Part shown: positions 62,919 to 64,000 of the stretch, piece after piece
How the letters are laid out: each line of letters begins with the position of its first letter
Position numbering within the stretch: the stretch's first letter is position 1
Assembly (NCBI GenBank): GCA_963746075.1
Contig: CAVUZY010000007.1
Span: 335,338 to 399,337 of the forward strand
Length of the DNA stretch: 64,000 bases
Source of the DNA: an uncultured Chloroflexia bacterium
GTDB lineage: Bacteria > Chloroflexota > Limnocylindria > Limnocylindrales > CSP1-4
Reading direction: 5' to 3'
Notes under the pieces: generated by a model
What the model was told of the DNA's origin: nothing
The model's input: only the letters and a program-made list of their open reading frames with translations
Database searches by the model: none
Made by a program: the position numbers and the translations under genes

Positions 62919-64000
62919 TCAGCCGCCGACGGTCAGCGTGCCGGTCATCAGGGATGGATGGATCGAGCACTCGAACTTGTACGCGCCGGCCTTCAAGGGC
63001 GGCACGTCGAACGTCTTCACGGCGATGCCGGGGAAGTCCTTCATGTCGTAGACCTTCGCCCCGCCGTCGTCGAGGAAGTCGACGTCGTGGGGCGTCGAGG
63101 CGTCCTTGTTGTCGAGCGTGATCTTGAACGGCGCGTCCGCCGGGGCTGCGAGGGTTGCCTGGTCGAACTTCACGCCCGAGGCGATGATCGAGATCCCGCC
63201 CGGACCCGGTCCACCGGATCCCGGCGGCCCACCCGACGGGGCCGCGGAGCCGCCAGGCTCGCCCGAGCCACCGGCCGCGGAGCGCGGCGGGAACCAGCCG
63301 GCGTTGAGGGCGACGGACACAACGAGAAGGAAGGCGAACACCGACACGACGGTCTTCGGCCAGCCGGGCGCCGGGTCGTTCTCGAGATGGCCGGTCGAGT
63401 CGGCCCGGACGACCTGCTTGTACTCCTTGCGGGCGTCGCTGAGCCAGCCGAGCAGGGCGGCGATCGTGAACAGCACGCCGACCGCCAGGATCCAGCCGCC
63501 GAAGACGAGGCCCGCGAACAGGACGAACAGCCCGAGCGAGGCGAGGATCGGGCGGAACGACGGACCGGGCATGTGGACGCCGGGCGGGGGTCCGGGATGC
63601 TCGATCGGCGCCAGCTGCGGATGATCGCCGGCGACGTGGTCGTAGTCGACGAGGGCCTCGCGACCCCAGTAGAGCAGGCTCAGGACCAGGACGACCAGCC
63701 CGATGACGAGGGTCGGTCCGCCGAAGACGAGCCCCAGGACGAGAAGGAACGTTCCGATCGCTCCGTAGAGGGGGGCGTAGGTCGGGCCCGGCATGTGGAT
63801 CCCGGGCGGGGTCACCGGCTCGATCCGGCCCGGCCGGCGGCGGCGCGGACCGAGCCGCGCGTACTGGTAGACGACCCGGATGAAGAAGAGGACCACCACG
63901 ACGCCCATGAACACGGGCAGGAGCGAGATCAGGGCGCCCCAGTCCGGGATGACGAGGAGCTTGGTGAGATCGAGGATCCCGTTCCAGATCTGCTCGAGGA
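62919..64000 (-). CDS. Polytopic membrane protein with duplicated CtaF-like (oxidase subunit IV-like) module fused to a C-terminal cupredoxin; 5' end lies outside the window
   Basis: The frame stays open to position 64000 (...LEQIWNGILDLTKLLVIPDWGALISLLPVFMGVVVV...). Two copies of PPG[IV]HMPGP[ST][YF]xP, each followed by a TM hairpin. C-terminal PHDV...FECSIHPSLM gives type-1 Cu ligands. Confidence 0.7.
   Translation of the reverse strand, partial: LEQIWNGILDLTKLLVIPDWGALISLLPVFMGVVVVLFFIRVVYQYARLGPRRRRPGRIEPVTPPGIHMPGPTYAPLYGAIGTFLLVLGLVFGGPTLVIGLVVLVLSLLYWGREALVDYDHVAGDHPQLAPIEHPGPPPGVHMPGPSFRPILASLGLFVLFAGLVFGGWILAVGVLFTIAALLGWLSDARKEYKQVVRADSTGHLENDPAPGWPKTVVSVFAFLLVVSVALNAGWFPPRSAAGGSGEPGGSAAPSGGPPGSGGPGPGGISIIASGVKFDQATLAAPADAPFKITLDNKDASTPHDVDFLDDGGAKVYDMKDFPGIAVKTFDVPPLKAGAYKFECSIHPSLMTGTLTVGG

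Overview
A 64-kb, roughly 70% GC chromosomal segment from a high-GC bacterium (Actinomycetota/Chloroflexota-like; I cannot assign the lineage). It is gene-dense, and many adjacent genes have overlapping stop and start codons (GTGA, ATGA, TGATG). I support about 58 protein-coding genes, 2 tRNAs (Lys-UUU and initiator Met-CAU), several GC-rich hairpins, one sigma70-like tRNA promoter and a three-copy operator-like motif. I saw no rRNA, CRISPR array, transposase, integrase or phage genes. The best candidate for an undescribed system is the respiratory operon at 10.9-16.2 kb. There a GltD/NfnB-like NAD(P)H flavoprotein fused to a 2x[4Fe-4S] ferredoxin is translationally coupled to a split cytochrome b6/subunit IV, a Rieske protein and a cytochrome c-cupredoxin fusion. 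A membrane Kelch-propeller gene follows the operon. A paralogous cupredoxin is fused to a CtaF-like duplicated membrane module at the right edge of the window. Other notable regions are a large GntR-linked amino-sugar-type locus (27-44 kb) tied together by a shared 24-bp dyad motif, an accessory block next to tRNA-Lys (beta-roll-like repeat protein, AadA-like nucleotidyltransferase, ceramidase-like paralogues), an HTH-GAF-GGDEF protein and an orphan coiled-coil membrane protein. Six reading-frame breaks in five genes, including gltB, sit at short G/C runs and look more like assembly indels than decay. All product calls rest on motif recognition by eye; no BLAST or HMM search was run, and most start codons are unverified.
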